64,000 nucleotides of DNA from the human T2T-CHM13v2.0 reference genome, Homo sapiens. Numbering within the stretch: position 1 is the first letter of the stretch; each line of letters starts with the position of its first letter. The notes beneath the pieces were generated by a model. That model searched no databases and was not told the DNA's origin. It worked only from the letters and a program-made list of their open reading frames with translations. A program made the position numbers and the translations under genes. Positions 1-14,134 of this stretch are shown piece after piece. The DNA lies in the NCBI RefSeq assembly GCF_009914755.1, contig NC_060931.1. One strand, given 5' to 3'.

Positions 1-900
1 AACTGCGACTCGCCCCATTTGCGACTCTCAAAATGGGCTAATTGGTGCCAGGTGAAGACAGAAGAATGCATCTTTCAGGTCTAGGCAAGTAAACCAGGCA
101 GCACTTGCTGGAATAAGTCCCATCAAAGTATATGGGTTTGGTACTATCGGGTGGATGTTTACTGTAGTGTGGTTCACAGCACACAAGTCCTGCACTGGCC
201 TGTATTCTCCAGATGGCTTCTGTACTGGCAGGAGTGGGATGTTCCAGGGTGACTGGAATTTGACTACAAACATGATTCCATGTTAGTAGAGTCGCTCACT
301 CTAAGTGTTTGTGAACACCTCATATGGCTTCCGGGAAAACCAGGTACTGGCAAACTAAACTGGGGTTGCCCCTGGTTTTAGCTCTACTACCACTGGCATC
401 TAATCTTTAGCCAGCCCGGGTGGGTTATCTTCAGCCCATACTCCAGGAATTTTATTAAGTAGCCTCTATAATTCAAGTATTCCTGGTTTGTGAGACAGTT
501 CTGGTGGCTTTTTTGTGTATAGCCTCCATTCCTCAGTTTGCAGGACGGTAAGGGTTAACACCATGGCCTTTGGGTCAGTCAGGTTTAGAGTCATATCCCC
601 TTGTAGCCCAAAAGCAATCTGTGCTTGCAGTTTTCAGAGTAGGTCTCTCCCCAGCAGGGGAACTGGGCAATTTGGGAGGTACAGGAATTCATGTTGGACC
701 TCTTGTCCTCCTATAACGAACCTCCTTGGCCAACAAAGTGGCCTCTTCTCTGAGACCCTGGTGACCCCTACAATAGTTGTATAGTTTTTGGATAGTGGTC
801 CTATGGATCGGGTTACTACCAGCTATTCAGCCCCATTGTCCACCATAAAGTCCATTAGCTGGCCCCCCACTTCTAATGTGACCATGGGCTCCTGGGGGCC
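1..900 (-). pseudogene. ERV pro and N-terminal pol (RT), disrupted
   Basis: PQEPMVTLEVGGQLMDFMVDNGAE* (DTG motif degenerate); RT motifs in ORF 28-273. Confidence 0.85.
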
Positions 901-2618
901 TAAGGAGAAGGAGCCTGGTCTGTCCTTGTCCTTATATTCTTCAGTCCCTGCCACCCCGATCAGGTCGGTATCTGGTTCCTTCAGGGTGCAGCAGCCTTTG
1001 ACTGGTGGCATTTTTGTTTCATAGCCTCCGCCATTTTCTTCACTGCCCTCTGGACACTGATTTTTTCCAGTGTCCCTTTTAGCATCATGCACATTGGTGC
1101 TTATCTAACCTCAGCCGGCTTTTGAGCCTCTGTCTGGTTTGGCCCCATCTCCGTCTGTGCCCGTGTCCACATCCGCACCCTCTTGCAATGCTAGTTTCCC
1201 TTACCGTAAGGGTCACTGCTAACATATTGGCCTTTTTCCTAAGCCTCCGATCTGCTTCCTTTTTTGCCTCTTGGTCACGGTTAATATACATCTTGGTGGC
1301 CACTCCTATAAGTTGGGTGGCATTCATGCCTGCGAAATTTTTTAGCTTTTGCATCTTCCACCTGATGTCACCCTGGGCTTGTCCTGCAAATGCCGTGTTC
1401 ACTGTGCACTGATTTTCAGAGGCCTCAGGGTCAAACGGAGTGTAAAGCTGGAATGCCTCACAGAGTCTCTCATAAAACTGGCTAGGGCTCTCATCAGCTC
1501 CTTGAAGAACTTCTGAGATATTTCCTATATTGATTGCCTTTTTCCTGCCTTCCTTTAGCCCTTGCAAGAGTGCTTCTCGGTACCTCTGTAGGTACTGTAA
1601 TTGGACTGCATGATTTGAATCCCAGTGGGGGTCTGCTTCTGGAAACTGGCCCTGAGTGTATGCCTGAACGTTAAGTGTGCCTTCAGGTGCACTGGCTTCT
1701 AGCCAGCAGAGAGCTGCCTGGATTACCCTCCAGCACTCCTCAGTGTTAAACAGTGTCAAGAGGAGCTGCCTACAGTCTGGCCACGTAGGATTGTGTGTCT
1801 GGAAGATGGATTGCATTAAATCTATGAGGGCCTGGGTCTTCTCCATGTAGGAGGGGGTATGGTGTTTCCAGTTTAGGAGATCAGTGGTTGTAAAAGGCTG
1901 GTAGATGAAGTTCCGTTGCCCCCCTTGGACTTGACCCTGTTCATCATAATAGATGGGTCCCCGTGTCTCCCTAAGAGGCATTTGCATAGCCCAAGCATGA
2001 CCAGATTGGAGGCAGCCCACTTGATCATCTTATCTTTCTTCCCTGACCTCCTGGGGCTCCGATCTTTCCTTTTGGGGTGAGTCTTGGAGCATGTTACCAT
2101 CTGAATCTGACTCCTTGGGGGCCGTTGGCCTCAGTAAATGGGGGTAGATTGGAATATATGGAAGAGGAATTTCTATCTCCTCTGGCAGTTCCTGCAAAAC
2201 TGGTTTCTCTTGCCCTTCCCATGACTTTTTCTTTGTCTCCGTATTTGCCAGCAAAGCTGATTTTACTTTCACTTTAGGCTCGGTCTGAGCCACAAGCATT
2301 TTGCAGTAAGCTGCCAGGCAGGGCTGCAACCATGCAGGTCAAGTTTGAACTACATTTAGCCATGAGTCAATATAAGGGAATTGGTCTGGGTGCCCTGGCT
2401 GTCCTTCGACCCCAATCACCACCTTAAATACATGGCCAATTGTTTCCCTATCTGTGGTTCCTTTGGCTGGCCATCCGACACTAAAAGAGGGCCATTCTAT
2501 TTCACAGAGTTCTCAACCTCTGAGGGGTCAACTTCATCCCGTAATCCCCTGCATAACCTTTCTTAAAATTCTTTAACATACATTGTAATGGGGTGGGTTT
2601 TGACGACTTCCCTCTCAT
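900..2618 (-). pseudogene. ERV gag, disrupted (MA frameshifted, CA frame open 1085-2020, NC zinc knuckle broken)
   Basis: ATG at 2618 (MRGKSS, Gly2 absent). ORF fragments 2502-2708, 2030-2329 and 1085-2020. Stop inside the HQCA*C knuckle. Confidence 0.85.
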
Positions 2619-3310
2619 TTCCTCCCAGTTACAGCGCAACACACTCACTCTCACTTTCACTTCGGACCGATTAGACCGTCCCCCTCGCAGGAGTATTTCA
2701 GATGCCACTTAGCATTGGAGGCTCTGTTTTGACCCCCACAATTACTAAATTGTGGGGCACCTCCCTAAGCCATATGTGGAACACTGTTAGTCCCGGTCAG
2801 TCCCATGGTTCTCTCAGAGTGTATGGTCTACGCTAAGAGAACTGCGGCCCCCACACATCACTCCCCGCATTGGTTCCTCCTGGAACCGCCTCTTTCACAT
2901 GCACTCACACACTTCCCCGCTCCCAGTTCCTCTTTCTCAACTGACTCTGCAAGCCACTCTCATGTCCTGAGTTGGTTGGGGTGTGAGCTTGTGAGCTTCC
3001 CTGACTTTGCAAGCCACTCTCACGTCCTGTGTTTGACCACTAGTTACACCCCGGGAGGTGATCAGGCTCCCCTTCCATTCTTATGGGACAGGTCCTGCCT
3101 CGGGCCCAAACCTTACCACAATCCTGTAGTGCACTGTTCCTGGAATCATCCTGTTCCTGCTTAGGTTCCATTGTGCTGTCAGGTAGGGTCAAGGGAGAGC
3201 TGATCACCCCTCTGGGTTGAAGTTCTCCCAGTGGCGCCTGGGGTCACAGGTCTCTCCCGGCCTGGGGCTCCAGTCTCACAGGCGAAGAGACAGTAAACCT
3301 TTCGTCTCCA

Positions 3311-3328
3311 ATCCCGGGCGAGCCCCCA
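3311..3328 (-). promoter_or_regulatory. Primer-binding site, tRNA-Pro
   Basis: Minus strand TGGGGGCTCGCCCGGGAT is 17/18 to the MLV-type PBS-Pro TGGGGGCTCGTCCGGGAT, 5 nt after the LTR terminal CA. Confidence 0.9.
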
Positions 3329-3333
3329 GAAAA

Positions 3334-3878
3334 TGTTTCAGGAATCAGAGGACTGGAGAGACCAATAGGTAGAATAGGAGGATTTTATTTAAGTGGCCAC
3401 TGGCCCAACGGATTCACATCCAAAGGCTAGGCCCTGAACAAAGACAGGGCTTGACTTTTATACACACTTCTGAAAGGGGGTTGGCTAGTTTAAATGGCGT
3501 GGTGGGAATCTAATGGCATGAAATTCATGGTGTAGGCAAGCAGGCTTACAGAAGCAGAACAAAGGCAGTTAATCAGTGACAGGTTTCATAATCCTTAGCA
3601 TAGCTTGTGACCTTGCAGCTGCATTGAAGGAAAAACAGGAACTTACAAAACTTGGAAATTGAGTAATGGTAAGGGGGATGAGGAGATAGTAAAGGAATTT
3701 GATTTGCTTAAGCTTGCTCTGAGGGGGTGTTGGGAGAGTCTCTGGAGCTCCTTCCTTTGGGCTCTGGCTTTCCAGATAGTTTTATCAAAGCTTTGCCAGG
3801 GCCCTGCATATTGCTGGCCTTGGAGTGAGTCAGCTAAGTACAGGGAAACTTGTTTTTCTCTTTTTTATTTCTGCTTCA
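3334..3878 (-). promoter_or_regulatory. 5' LTR of the ERV (~545 bp)
   Basis: Minus strand starts TGAAGCAGAAAT and ends ...CCTGAAACA just before the PBS. TATAAAA at 3456-3462 and AATAAA at 3384-3389 (minus). The 5' end could instead be 3884 (TGAGGC). Confidence 0.75.
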
Positions 3879-3962
3879 GCCTCATTTGTGATTCCTTCAC
3901 CCAGCCTTCCTGTAATCAACCAGGGTTGTTCTTGGAGACTTTGCTTTGAAAATATGTTTTCT

Positions 3963-4250
3963 GGCCAGGCACAGTGGCTCAAGCCTGTAATCCCAGGACT
4001 TTGGGAGGCTGAGGTGGGCTGATCACTTGAGGTCAGGAGTTCGAAACCAGCCTGACCAACATGGCAAAACCCCATCTCTACTAAAAATACAAAAATTAGC
4101 CAGGTGTGGTGGGGCATTCCTGTAATTCCAGCCACTTGGGAGGCTGAGGCAGGAGAATCACTTGAACCCAGGAGGCAGAGGTTGCAGTGAGCCAAGATCG
4201 GAACAAGACTCCATCTCAAAAAACAAACAAACAAACAAACAAAAAACAGA
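3963..4250 (+). mobile_element. AluS with (CAAA)n tail
   Basis: Alu dimer; TSD-like GAAAA(TA)TGTTTTCT. Confidence 0.9.
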
Positions 4251-4349
4251 AAATGTTTTCTTCTATGGAGACTCATCCTCTAAGTTGTAATTACTCAGTA
4301 TCTTAACAGCCAGCTAAGCACCCGAACATGTTTTGGTAATGATATGGCA

Positions 4350-4830
4350 GACTAGATTTGGATTAAAGCCTTGGTGTGCTGCTTGGTGTTAGCTGTGTGA
4401 CTTTTTTCAAATTATGTTTTCAAACTTTTAGTTTCCTAATTTGCAAAACAAAGGTAATAATACCTACTTCATAAGACTCAATAACATAATAATATGTAAA
4501 ATGCCTGCCAGGGCTCAATAAGATCTAAAACTTACTAAGTGTTACTAATATCAACTATTTTCATTATTAACGATTTGTTCATTTTGAGTACACCCACTGA
4601 GCCAGATTACTTGTTCAAATCCCAGCTCCATGCCTTATTGTCTTTGTTAATCTTGAGCAAGTTACTAAATTTTCTGTGCTTTATTTTAGCTTTCTTATCT
4701 ATAAAATAGAAATAATCTGTGCTTTATAATAATATTGCTAAGAATAAATTAGTGAATACATGTGAAGCATTTAAAGCAGTACCTGGCATTTAATAACTGC
4801 TCAATAAGTGTTAGCAGTTATTATTCTACC
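4350..4830 (+). mobile_element. Two MIR fragments
   Basis: ttagctgtgtgact...ataatacctacttcatag; ttcaaatcccagctc...ttgagcaagttact. Confidence 0.6.
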
Positions 4831-5209
4831 ATCACTTTATTTTTAGGAGGTTTCAAAAGGGTAGTTCTTTGTGAAAGATAATTGTGAAGGACTTAGAAGG
4901 ATACCAAAGACACATTTTATTTACTTCCCAACATGGCCTAGGTCCAATTCTGGTACAATCTACTTACAAAATCTAGGTGGCAATCCCTCTCCCAAGGTTC
5001 TTTCCTAGTAAGGTTCTTTTAAAAAAGTTGTTTACACAAATTCTGAAAGTCTGCCCATCCCCCACCCCTCATTCCCTTATGTAAATCTTAATAATTGATT
5101 GATCTGTGGCAGAGTTCTATTTTTCTGTAAAAGTTTTATAAGATAGAGATTTATAATTTGTTTTTCAGAAGAAGATTGTTACTAAATTGGTTTAATTTCT
5201 TTTTTCTAG

Positions 5210-5506
<297 letters not shown>

Positions 5507-5839
5507 TAAATAAATGTGAATTGCAAAGTTTGATGCTTTTTATCAGTAAGAGAAATTAAACCACTTATGTAGAAGTGATGGCCCAATATAATCAATGACC
5601 ATAGGTATTAATTTTTATAATATGGTATGGATAACTTTTAGGTGAGTATATTAAATTTCCTAAGATAAAAGTATTCTAACAAATACAAGTTACATTCCAC
5701 AAAATAGAACAATAAATGAATCTTTGAAGCGTCTCAAGAAGATTTCTTGGAAACAAAATTATGGCACAGTTTCAAGAGGGAATACATATATATCTGATGA
5801 AGTTTAATATTTAATTCATATTTAATATGATACAGCTTA

Positions 5840-6425
<586 letters not shown>

Positions 6426-7675
6426 TAGTGTCTTCAGGTAAAAATATTTTCTGTGTTTTACATTATCTTAAAGTAAAAGTTATCACAGTGTTTTTTCTTC
6501 TCAAAGCTCCTATGACAACAGCCTGTCTAGCTGATTGTAGACTGATTTTGGTTTCTCCAAGACCAAAATAAAGATGATGCAATTTTCATAATTCTATAAC
6601 ATCCATTTTAATAAAATCATTTTAATATTTTATTCTAAAAGTATGTACACTCTGTGTCTATACATATCTTCGTATAATCAATTTGCCTTTGCTATATCAT
6701 CACCAAATTCTCTTAAACAATATTTTAATTATTTAAAATAAAATTCATACCTATTATTTCATCATTAGAAGGAAAGTAAAAAGGACCCAAGCTTCAGTTT
6801 GGCCTTAAATTCTACTTATTTTCCTAATAATTTTGTGGCACTTACGTAGTCTTTTCGCATCTCCCTTGCCTCAGCTATAAAATGCGTATCTTGCAGAGTT
6901 ATGTTGAGAGTTTATTCTAATGTATATACAAGCACCTAGCACATGCTCAGTATTCAAATGTTTACCTCTTCCCTATTTATTGTATTTTAATGAGTAGATA
7001 CTCTAAGCATGTTTTTTTAAAATGGTTGTTGACCAAAAATGTAAACATGAATGAATAAGTAAAGGAACAAGCCAGGAAAAAATCTACTGGGAAATTGCTT
7101 TTAAGTAGTAGATGAGTTTAACAAATTAGAGTATACTCATACAGTGGAATACTTTTCAGATATTAAGAAAATGCAGTAATCTAGATATGATTTTCTGAGT
7201 ACGTGAGGAAAAGCATGTTATAGAATTTTTGTGAGGTGTTATCTCATTTGTATGTGTGCTTTCCTCCAGCCTCATCATGTACATAGAAAAAAACCTGAAA
7301 CGATCCACCAACTGATTGTTCTTGGTAGAGGAGGAGGAAAGGGGGCATAGAGGTGGGGAATATGAGGGAGGAGTAGGTGGTAAAGAAGACATTCATGTCC
7401 AACTTCATATGTTTCTGTATGTAGTTTCTACAATGGAATATATAAATTAGGTTTTTCAAAATTGGAATGTTTCAGACATTTTATATAGTGCTGTTCATTT
7501 GTGAATGACCATGTTTGGAAAATACGGCATCTTGCAGTACACTTAGTTACTTTCCTTCTTCCAGCATGAAAATTTTCAAACATAATAAAAATTGAAAGAA
7601 TTATATAGGGAACATTTTGTTCTACTTGCCTTATTACATGTTTATCTATTCCTTTGTCCATTCATCAAGTCATCC

Positions 7676-7997
<322 letters not shown>

Positions 7998-8558
7998 TGA
8001 GTAAATTCCAGACAGCAGCATGCTTCACCTCTATATACTTCAGCATGCCTATCATCATCTTAATGTGTTTATCTCAGCAGGAATGATAGTACTTTCCTCA
8101 GATATTTATCGAGGCCTAATTATCTGTTCATATATGAGAAGAGGAATATAAAATCCTGAAAGTACCAGTCTGTAGCTTAGTATTTTCAAGTATTTCAGAT
8201 AGGGATAGAAGAAATGTATGTTTTCAACCCTCCATCTTTACCTTGAAGTTGCTATGTATATATTTACATTTTTTTTCCAATATGTATAAACCTGCCAAGA
8301 TTGGGTACTGTGATTTTCTGGTATATACTAACTGTTGTCTTCCAGTAAAAATCAGTGCTTTTTACTGTTTTGGTTTTTTTTTTTTTTTGACAAGATTAAT
8401 GAAAATTATATATACTTGTGCAGTCTTTTGCTGTCCCATTCTCCTTCCATGTAAATTACAGTTGAACTCTTCTACTTCATTTTGTGTGAGTGATTACATA
8501 GATGTTGTATTTTATAAGCTTGTTGATAGCCTTTGTTCTTCTCTTCTTGTTACTGTAG

Positions 8559-8765
<207 letters not shown>

Positions 8766-8776
8766 TGAAAACTGTT

Positions 8777-9037
8777 GGCCGGGTGCAGTGGCTCACTCCT
8801 GTAATCCCAGCACTTTGGGAGGCTGAGGCAGACAGATTACTTGAGGTCAGGAGTTCGAGACTAGCCTGGCCAACATGGTGAAACCCCGTCTCTACCAAAA
8901 AATACAAAAATTAACCAGGCATGATAGCACACGCCTGTAATCCCAGCTACTTGGGAGGCGGAGGCTGTGGTGAGCTGAGATCATGCCACTGCACTCTAGC
9001 CTAACAGAGCGAGACCCTGTCTCAACAAAGAAAGAAA
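8777..9037 (+). mobile_element. Alu with right-arm deletion, 44 bp after the exon 11 donor
   Basis: GGCCGGGTGCAGTGGCTCAC... Confidence 0.9.
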
Positions 9038-9439
9038 ATTGTTAGTGAATTTGGATCTGGTAGAAGGCATGAATTTGTTGGATTATAGGTTGTTTGTTTT
9101 TACAAGTTAATTTTAATCCTTTAGAATATTACAACAGTAGTAAAAATAAAAAGATTATGAACATTGGACACATAATCTAATGTCTTTCAAGCCACCGGAG
9201 TTAAAGGTGTTTGTAAATGAGTGATTATGGTGATGGATCATGGAATCTAAGCTGGGAAAGGAGAAAAGTAAGGACATGGAAAGATATGCTGGGACGTTGA
9301 ATGGCTGGACATCAGAAGAGATGAAGACAAGTTTAATAATAGAAATCCTGTTAGATCATACTGACAAGTGCAAAATTACCTCTGGTTTATACTACATGTA
9401 AATTAACTCACTCTCCAAACTCTTTGTCAGTATGACTTT

Positions 9440-9599
9440 TTGTTATTTATTATATTTTTAAATGATTTTTATTTTTAATAGAGATGGGGGAGACGCCCTA
9501 TGTTACCCAGGCTGGTCTTGAACTCCTGGGCTGAAGGGATCCTCCTGCCTTGGCCTCCTAAAGTGCTGGGATTACAGGCATGAGCCACTACACCCAGCC
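9440..9599 (-). mobile_element. FLAM/Alu left monomer
   Basis: Reverse left-arm consensus. Confidence 0.8.
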
Positions 9600-10739
9600 A
9601 GTATGACTATTCCAAAGGCAGAAAGTCTGCATTCTGTAGACAGATCTCCATATATAAGTTGATTCTGTGTTTGATCCTTTTTTTAATCTAAAGTTAGATA
9701 ACCTACTGTCGTGCACATATACATACGCACCTAATGTTAAGAAGCTTTTAGGAAATATCTTGTACTCTTTACTTGGATCAAATTACCTATAAGATTGTGA
9801 AAATAACTTTTTTATTTTCATTATTTGTTTTTCAAGTTGAGATCAATTAATATTTCCTAATAGTTGCATTGTTAATCTTACCAGAGTCATTCTATTTTTA
9901 AAATAGTTTTGTATACTTTAAATGAGTAGAATACATATATTTTCTCATGCATGGATGGTTCATAGGAAAACTTACATCTAATCCCCATAGTTTTATTTGG
10001 CTTTTAGGATTATCCCACAAAGTAAACAACTTTCCTTGTATTAAGTTCTCATGAATTTAGTCATTCTAGTACTTTTTGTACTCTTTGAAAAATATTGGCC
10101 AAGTATTGCCAAAAGAATATTAAAACAAAAATGACCCTGTATATTAACCACCTGGCCCGATTTCCCTGCCCCCGAACCCACAGAAAGTAAGCCTTTTTCC
10201 ACCAGGCTTTCTTACCTGAAATTCCTCTTAGGAATTACAGAATAAGCTGAAATGAGTGACTGTTTTCTCATTCCTCCCAAAGGTGCTTCATAACTAGTAC
10301 CATTCTAGGTGCATAAGCAAGAAATTGATTCATTATATACAAACTGTGCCCTATGGCTGTAGGACTTAATTATCTTATAGAATCCTGGTTGAACAAGAGT
10401 AGAACTATGTTAAAGAATTGAACTGGATTTTAAGCCCAAAGACATTGGTGGGAAATTTGGTATATGTAGGCATGAAAGAATTTTTGTGTCTAAAGTATTA
10501 AACTCTTACTCATTAGGGATTTGTAAATATTTTTGCCTGGCAATGAATAAGGAAAAGAAGTGTTATTTGTATTCCTGTTATATTAAAGCAAGAATCTTTA
10601 GGGTTCACCTTTTCTCCTACAAAACAACAGTAATGTATTCAGTGAGGTTAGTGCTGTAGATATATGGACTTCGTCTATTTAGCACATACCCAGAGTATCA
10701 GTTGTTAAAGTATCCCTTTCAGAGGATCCACTAGGTCCT

Positions 10740-10930
10740 ATCTATCTGTGTGAGGCTAGATTTTCTTCATATTTTTCAAGCAAAACCATATACCACAATA
10801 GATTGAATGCTGTTTAGGGAGACATTAAAGAGATTTGCAAGAAATGTAAAATTGTGATAGTCTTCTCACCAAGTTTATGTTTTTCATATGGCAAGCTTTT
10901 GTCGTTTATAAGAATTTTTTCAATTTTTAA
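10740..10930 (+). mobile_element. Charlie1-like hAT fragment
   Basis: tctgtgtgaggctagattttcttcata...gacattaaagagatttgcaa resembles the recalled consensus. Confidence 0.5.
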
Positions 10931-11173
10931 GAGTGTGAATGACATGATATTCCTTTTGACTCCTGTTTTTGAAATAGCGTCCTCAATATTTTACTAAGGT
11001 GAAACACTAAGATAGTGAAAACCTTTATTCAAGGTTGTTTATGGGGAAAATATCTGTTAGAACTTCTCAAATGTGGTATCTATGTTTTGTTATTCGATAA
11101 TAATTATTAAGTTATTGAAGCTTTCTTATAAATTTAAAAGTAGCTTTTAACTTGCAAAATCAGAATGCCCTGA

Positions 11174-11347
<174 letters not shown>

Positions 11348-11496
11348 TGATTTTTGTGAAAGTTTTTCTAGTTTTCACTTTACTTGGAATAAAAAATTAC
11401 CCCTCTTCTCCTTTTTTGTTGAATGCTTAATCTGAGTTTTTCACTATTTAAAATTAGTATGCTTTCAGAGAAAACAAAGGTTAAATTTCTTTATCC

Positions 11497-11760
11497 TTTC
11501 TTTCTTTTGAGTCACAGTCTTGCTCTGTTGCCAGGCTAGAGTGCAGTGGTGCGATCATAGCTCACTGCAGACTCACTCCTGAGCTCAAGCGATCTCCCAC
11601 CTCAGCCTCCTGAGTAGCTGGGACTGTAAGTATGCTGCTCTACCAAACGTGGCTAATATTTTTTGGTAGAGACAGTCTTGAACTTCTGGCCTTAAGCAAT
11701 CCTTTCTGCCTTAGCCTCCCAAAGCTTTGGGATTACAGGCATGAGCCATCATACTAGGCC
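11497..11760 (-). mobile_element. AluJ-like
   Basis: Diverged reverse Alu. Confidence 0.8.
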
Positions 11761-12994
11761 TTCTTTACCTTTTCAATTTCAACAGAACTTCTCACCATTA
11801 TAGTACTTCCAGGGGGAAATTGGTGTTATATTCTTTCTTGTTGATAAGTTGCCTGTGATGTGGTCTTTAAGATGTAATTTGCCTAGGGTCAAAATGTATT
11901 AGTGACAATAAGTAGAAATCACTCTTCTGGTGATTTGTTTGGTGTTTAATTGTGTTTGTGAATCTTGACATACCTACTCATTTCCTCTGAGAGAAAAACG
12001 CTAATATTACTTCTGAGGACGTAGGTACCTTAAACCAAAATATGAAAAGAGAATTTAAGTCACTCAACAGTCACATGAACACAATTTAAATGGGGATGCC
12101 CGTTTTAAACAAACTTATGACAAAATATAGCAGAGAAACTGTTTATCATATGACAAGTTTATACAAATAAGGAACACATGTGGTATTGCCAAAGGACATG
12201 ATAAGTAGATAATTCCCTAAAGAGGAAATACATTTATCCAATATAGCAGATGAGACAAAAATTCATTCTTACTAGTGGTCATAAGAAAAATCAAACAAGA
12301 TAGAATTTCTAAGTTACTGAATTAGCTAAGACTTAAATAATAAAAATAGTCATTGAGAATGTGATGAGAGGTACTCTCATACATAGGTGGAAGGGGTATG
12401 AGTTGGCAAAACATTCCTGGAAACCATCATAGCAATATTACTAAAGTTTACATTTATCCAATATTGTACTGTGGGCAAAGTACCTTATATGTATTACCTA
12501 GTAGGATATTTGCTTCAAGGGGCTTGGAAAATGTATGTACCCTTGAACCTAGTAATTTCCATTTTAATATGCCAATTATAAGGAAATAATTAGGAACTGG
12601 ATAGGCAGATCGTATTTATTAATATTTATATTACTATTAAGGCATTATTTGCAGTAGTTAAAATTTTGAAGCAGTGCCCAAATATGAGGATAAAAATAAA
12701 TTAGAATGTGCTCACTTGTAAACAGATTATTTACCTATTCAGACAATGCTTATGTAGAGTTTTTAATGGCATGCTCATGGACTACTGTTTAGTGAAAACA
12801 AGTATACAGAACCATATAAAAGATGTAAAAGTATGTTTAAAACTGGAAAGAGATATATCAATCAACCTTAGCAGTGTTTATATATGGATGGAGAAGTTAT
12901 GGGCTACTTAAATGTTATATATTTTTATAGTTTTCAACTATTCTAAAATGAAGCATGTATTCTTATATTATCAGGAGATTATAAATAGCCATTG

Positions 12995-13195
12995 TTTTGA
13001 TTGATTTTGAGGCAGGGTCTCACTCTGTTGCCCAGGGTGTAGCAATCATGGTTCACTGCAGCCTCATACGCTTGGGCTCTAGTGATCCTCCTGCTTTAGC
13101 CTTCCCAGTAGTGGGGACTACAGGTAGGTGCCACCAGGCCTGGCTAATTTTTTTTTTTTTTTTTTTGGTTAGAGACGGGTCTTTGTTGTCCAGGC
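12995..13195 (-). mobile_element. Partial old Alu
   Basis: Reverse right arm plus linker. Confidence 0.75.
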
Positions 13196-13659
13196 CTTTT
13201 ATTTTTAAATTAAATTCTCCAGAGTTTACAAACCAATGAAATGATAATCTTCATTTTATCAGCCACATCCTGTTGTTCATCAAACCTTTTAGAACTTCTG
13301 TCAATTCGGAATTTTTTTTCTACTTCCCACTTTCATTGTATTCCTACTTGTTACTGTTTAGTTTGGGCCTTCATCAGTTCAAATCAATTATTTGCAACAG
13401 TTTTCCTTCTTTCTTGGCTGCTTTTAATTAGATCTTCCTTGTTCCAGTCTACACTACCACCAGAGCATAGCTTCTTAATCTTTTTAGGGCAGTAGTCCAG
13501 AATCCCTCTTTTGTTTATTGCCTTAAGTCTGAACCCATTGATCTTTCTGTGTCTTCCATTAGTTGGTTTAATTTTGTTTACTTGGTTTTCTTTTTTGAAC
13601 TCCTTTTCTATCAGCCCGTACCACCTTTCGTTGTCTTCTGTAGCTTCCACTGGCACTAG

Positions 13660-13890
13660 GGTCTCACTGAGATCTTACCCCTGTTACTCTAACACAGAAA
13701 GACTTGGCAATGTTTGGAGATGTTTTTGATTGTCACACCCCAAGCTGGGAAGTATAGAGAGATGCCACTGGTATCTAATAATTGGTGGAGGCCAGGGATG
13801 TTGCTAAACATCCTGAAATGCAGAGACATTCCTCCACAACAAGGAATTATCTGGCCCAAAAGTCAATAGTGCAGAGGCTGAAAAACCCTG
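13660..13890 (+). mobile_element. MER20 (hAT) element
   Basis: ggcaatgtttggagatgtttttgattgtcac...gccagggatgttgctaaacatcct...gaaaaaccctg. Confidence 0.75.
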
Positions 13891-13990
13891 CCGGTGTAAC
13901 AGGCTGTAACAGACTGCTGAAAATTCAGCAACTACTTACTGTTTCATAGAATTTCATCATGGTTCCCAGTTTCAATGTAGTGCTAAGTGA

Positions 13991-14134
<144 letters not shown>

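Larger units (their letters stand above)
1..3878 (-). mobile_element. Class I (gamma-like) endogenous retrovirus, HERV1/HERV3-like; 5' part (LTR-PBS-gag-pro-pol), continues past window start; antisense within a TRIM24 intron
   Basis: Minus-strand ORFs give gag MA (MRGKSSKPTPLQCMLKNFKKG), CA/MHR (QGADESPSQFYERL), protease (FMVDNGAE) and RT ([26 protein letters not shown]), in retroviral order downstream of an LTR and PBS. Family name is from recall. Confidence 0.9.

Noticed and set aside
4-37. TGCGACTC direct repeat and CCCATTT/AAATGGG inverted repeat in the ERV RT
   Set aside because: Probably a small replication-slippage scar in a dead pol gene; too short to interpret.
2941-3030. Two ~30-bp repeats with a 60-bp period in the ERV leader
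   Set aside because: Short tandem repeats are common in class I ERV leaders.
5161-5174. Upstream tttttcag acceptor-like site before exon 10
   Set aside because: It would add 41 nt and frameshift; nothing in the sequence supports its use.
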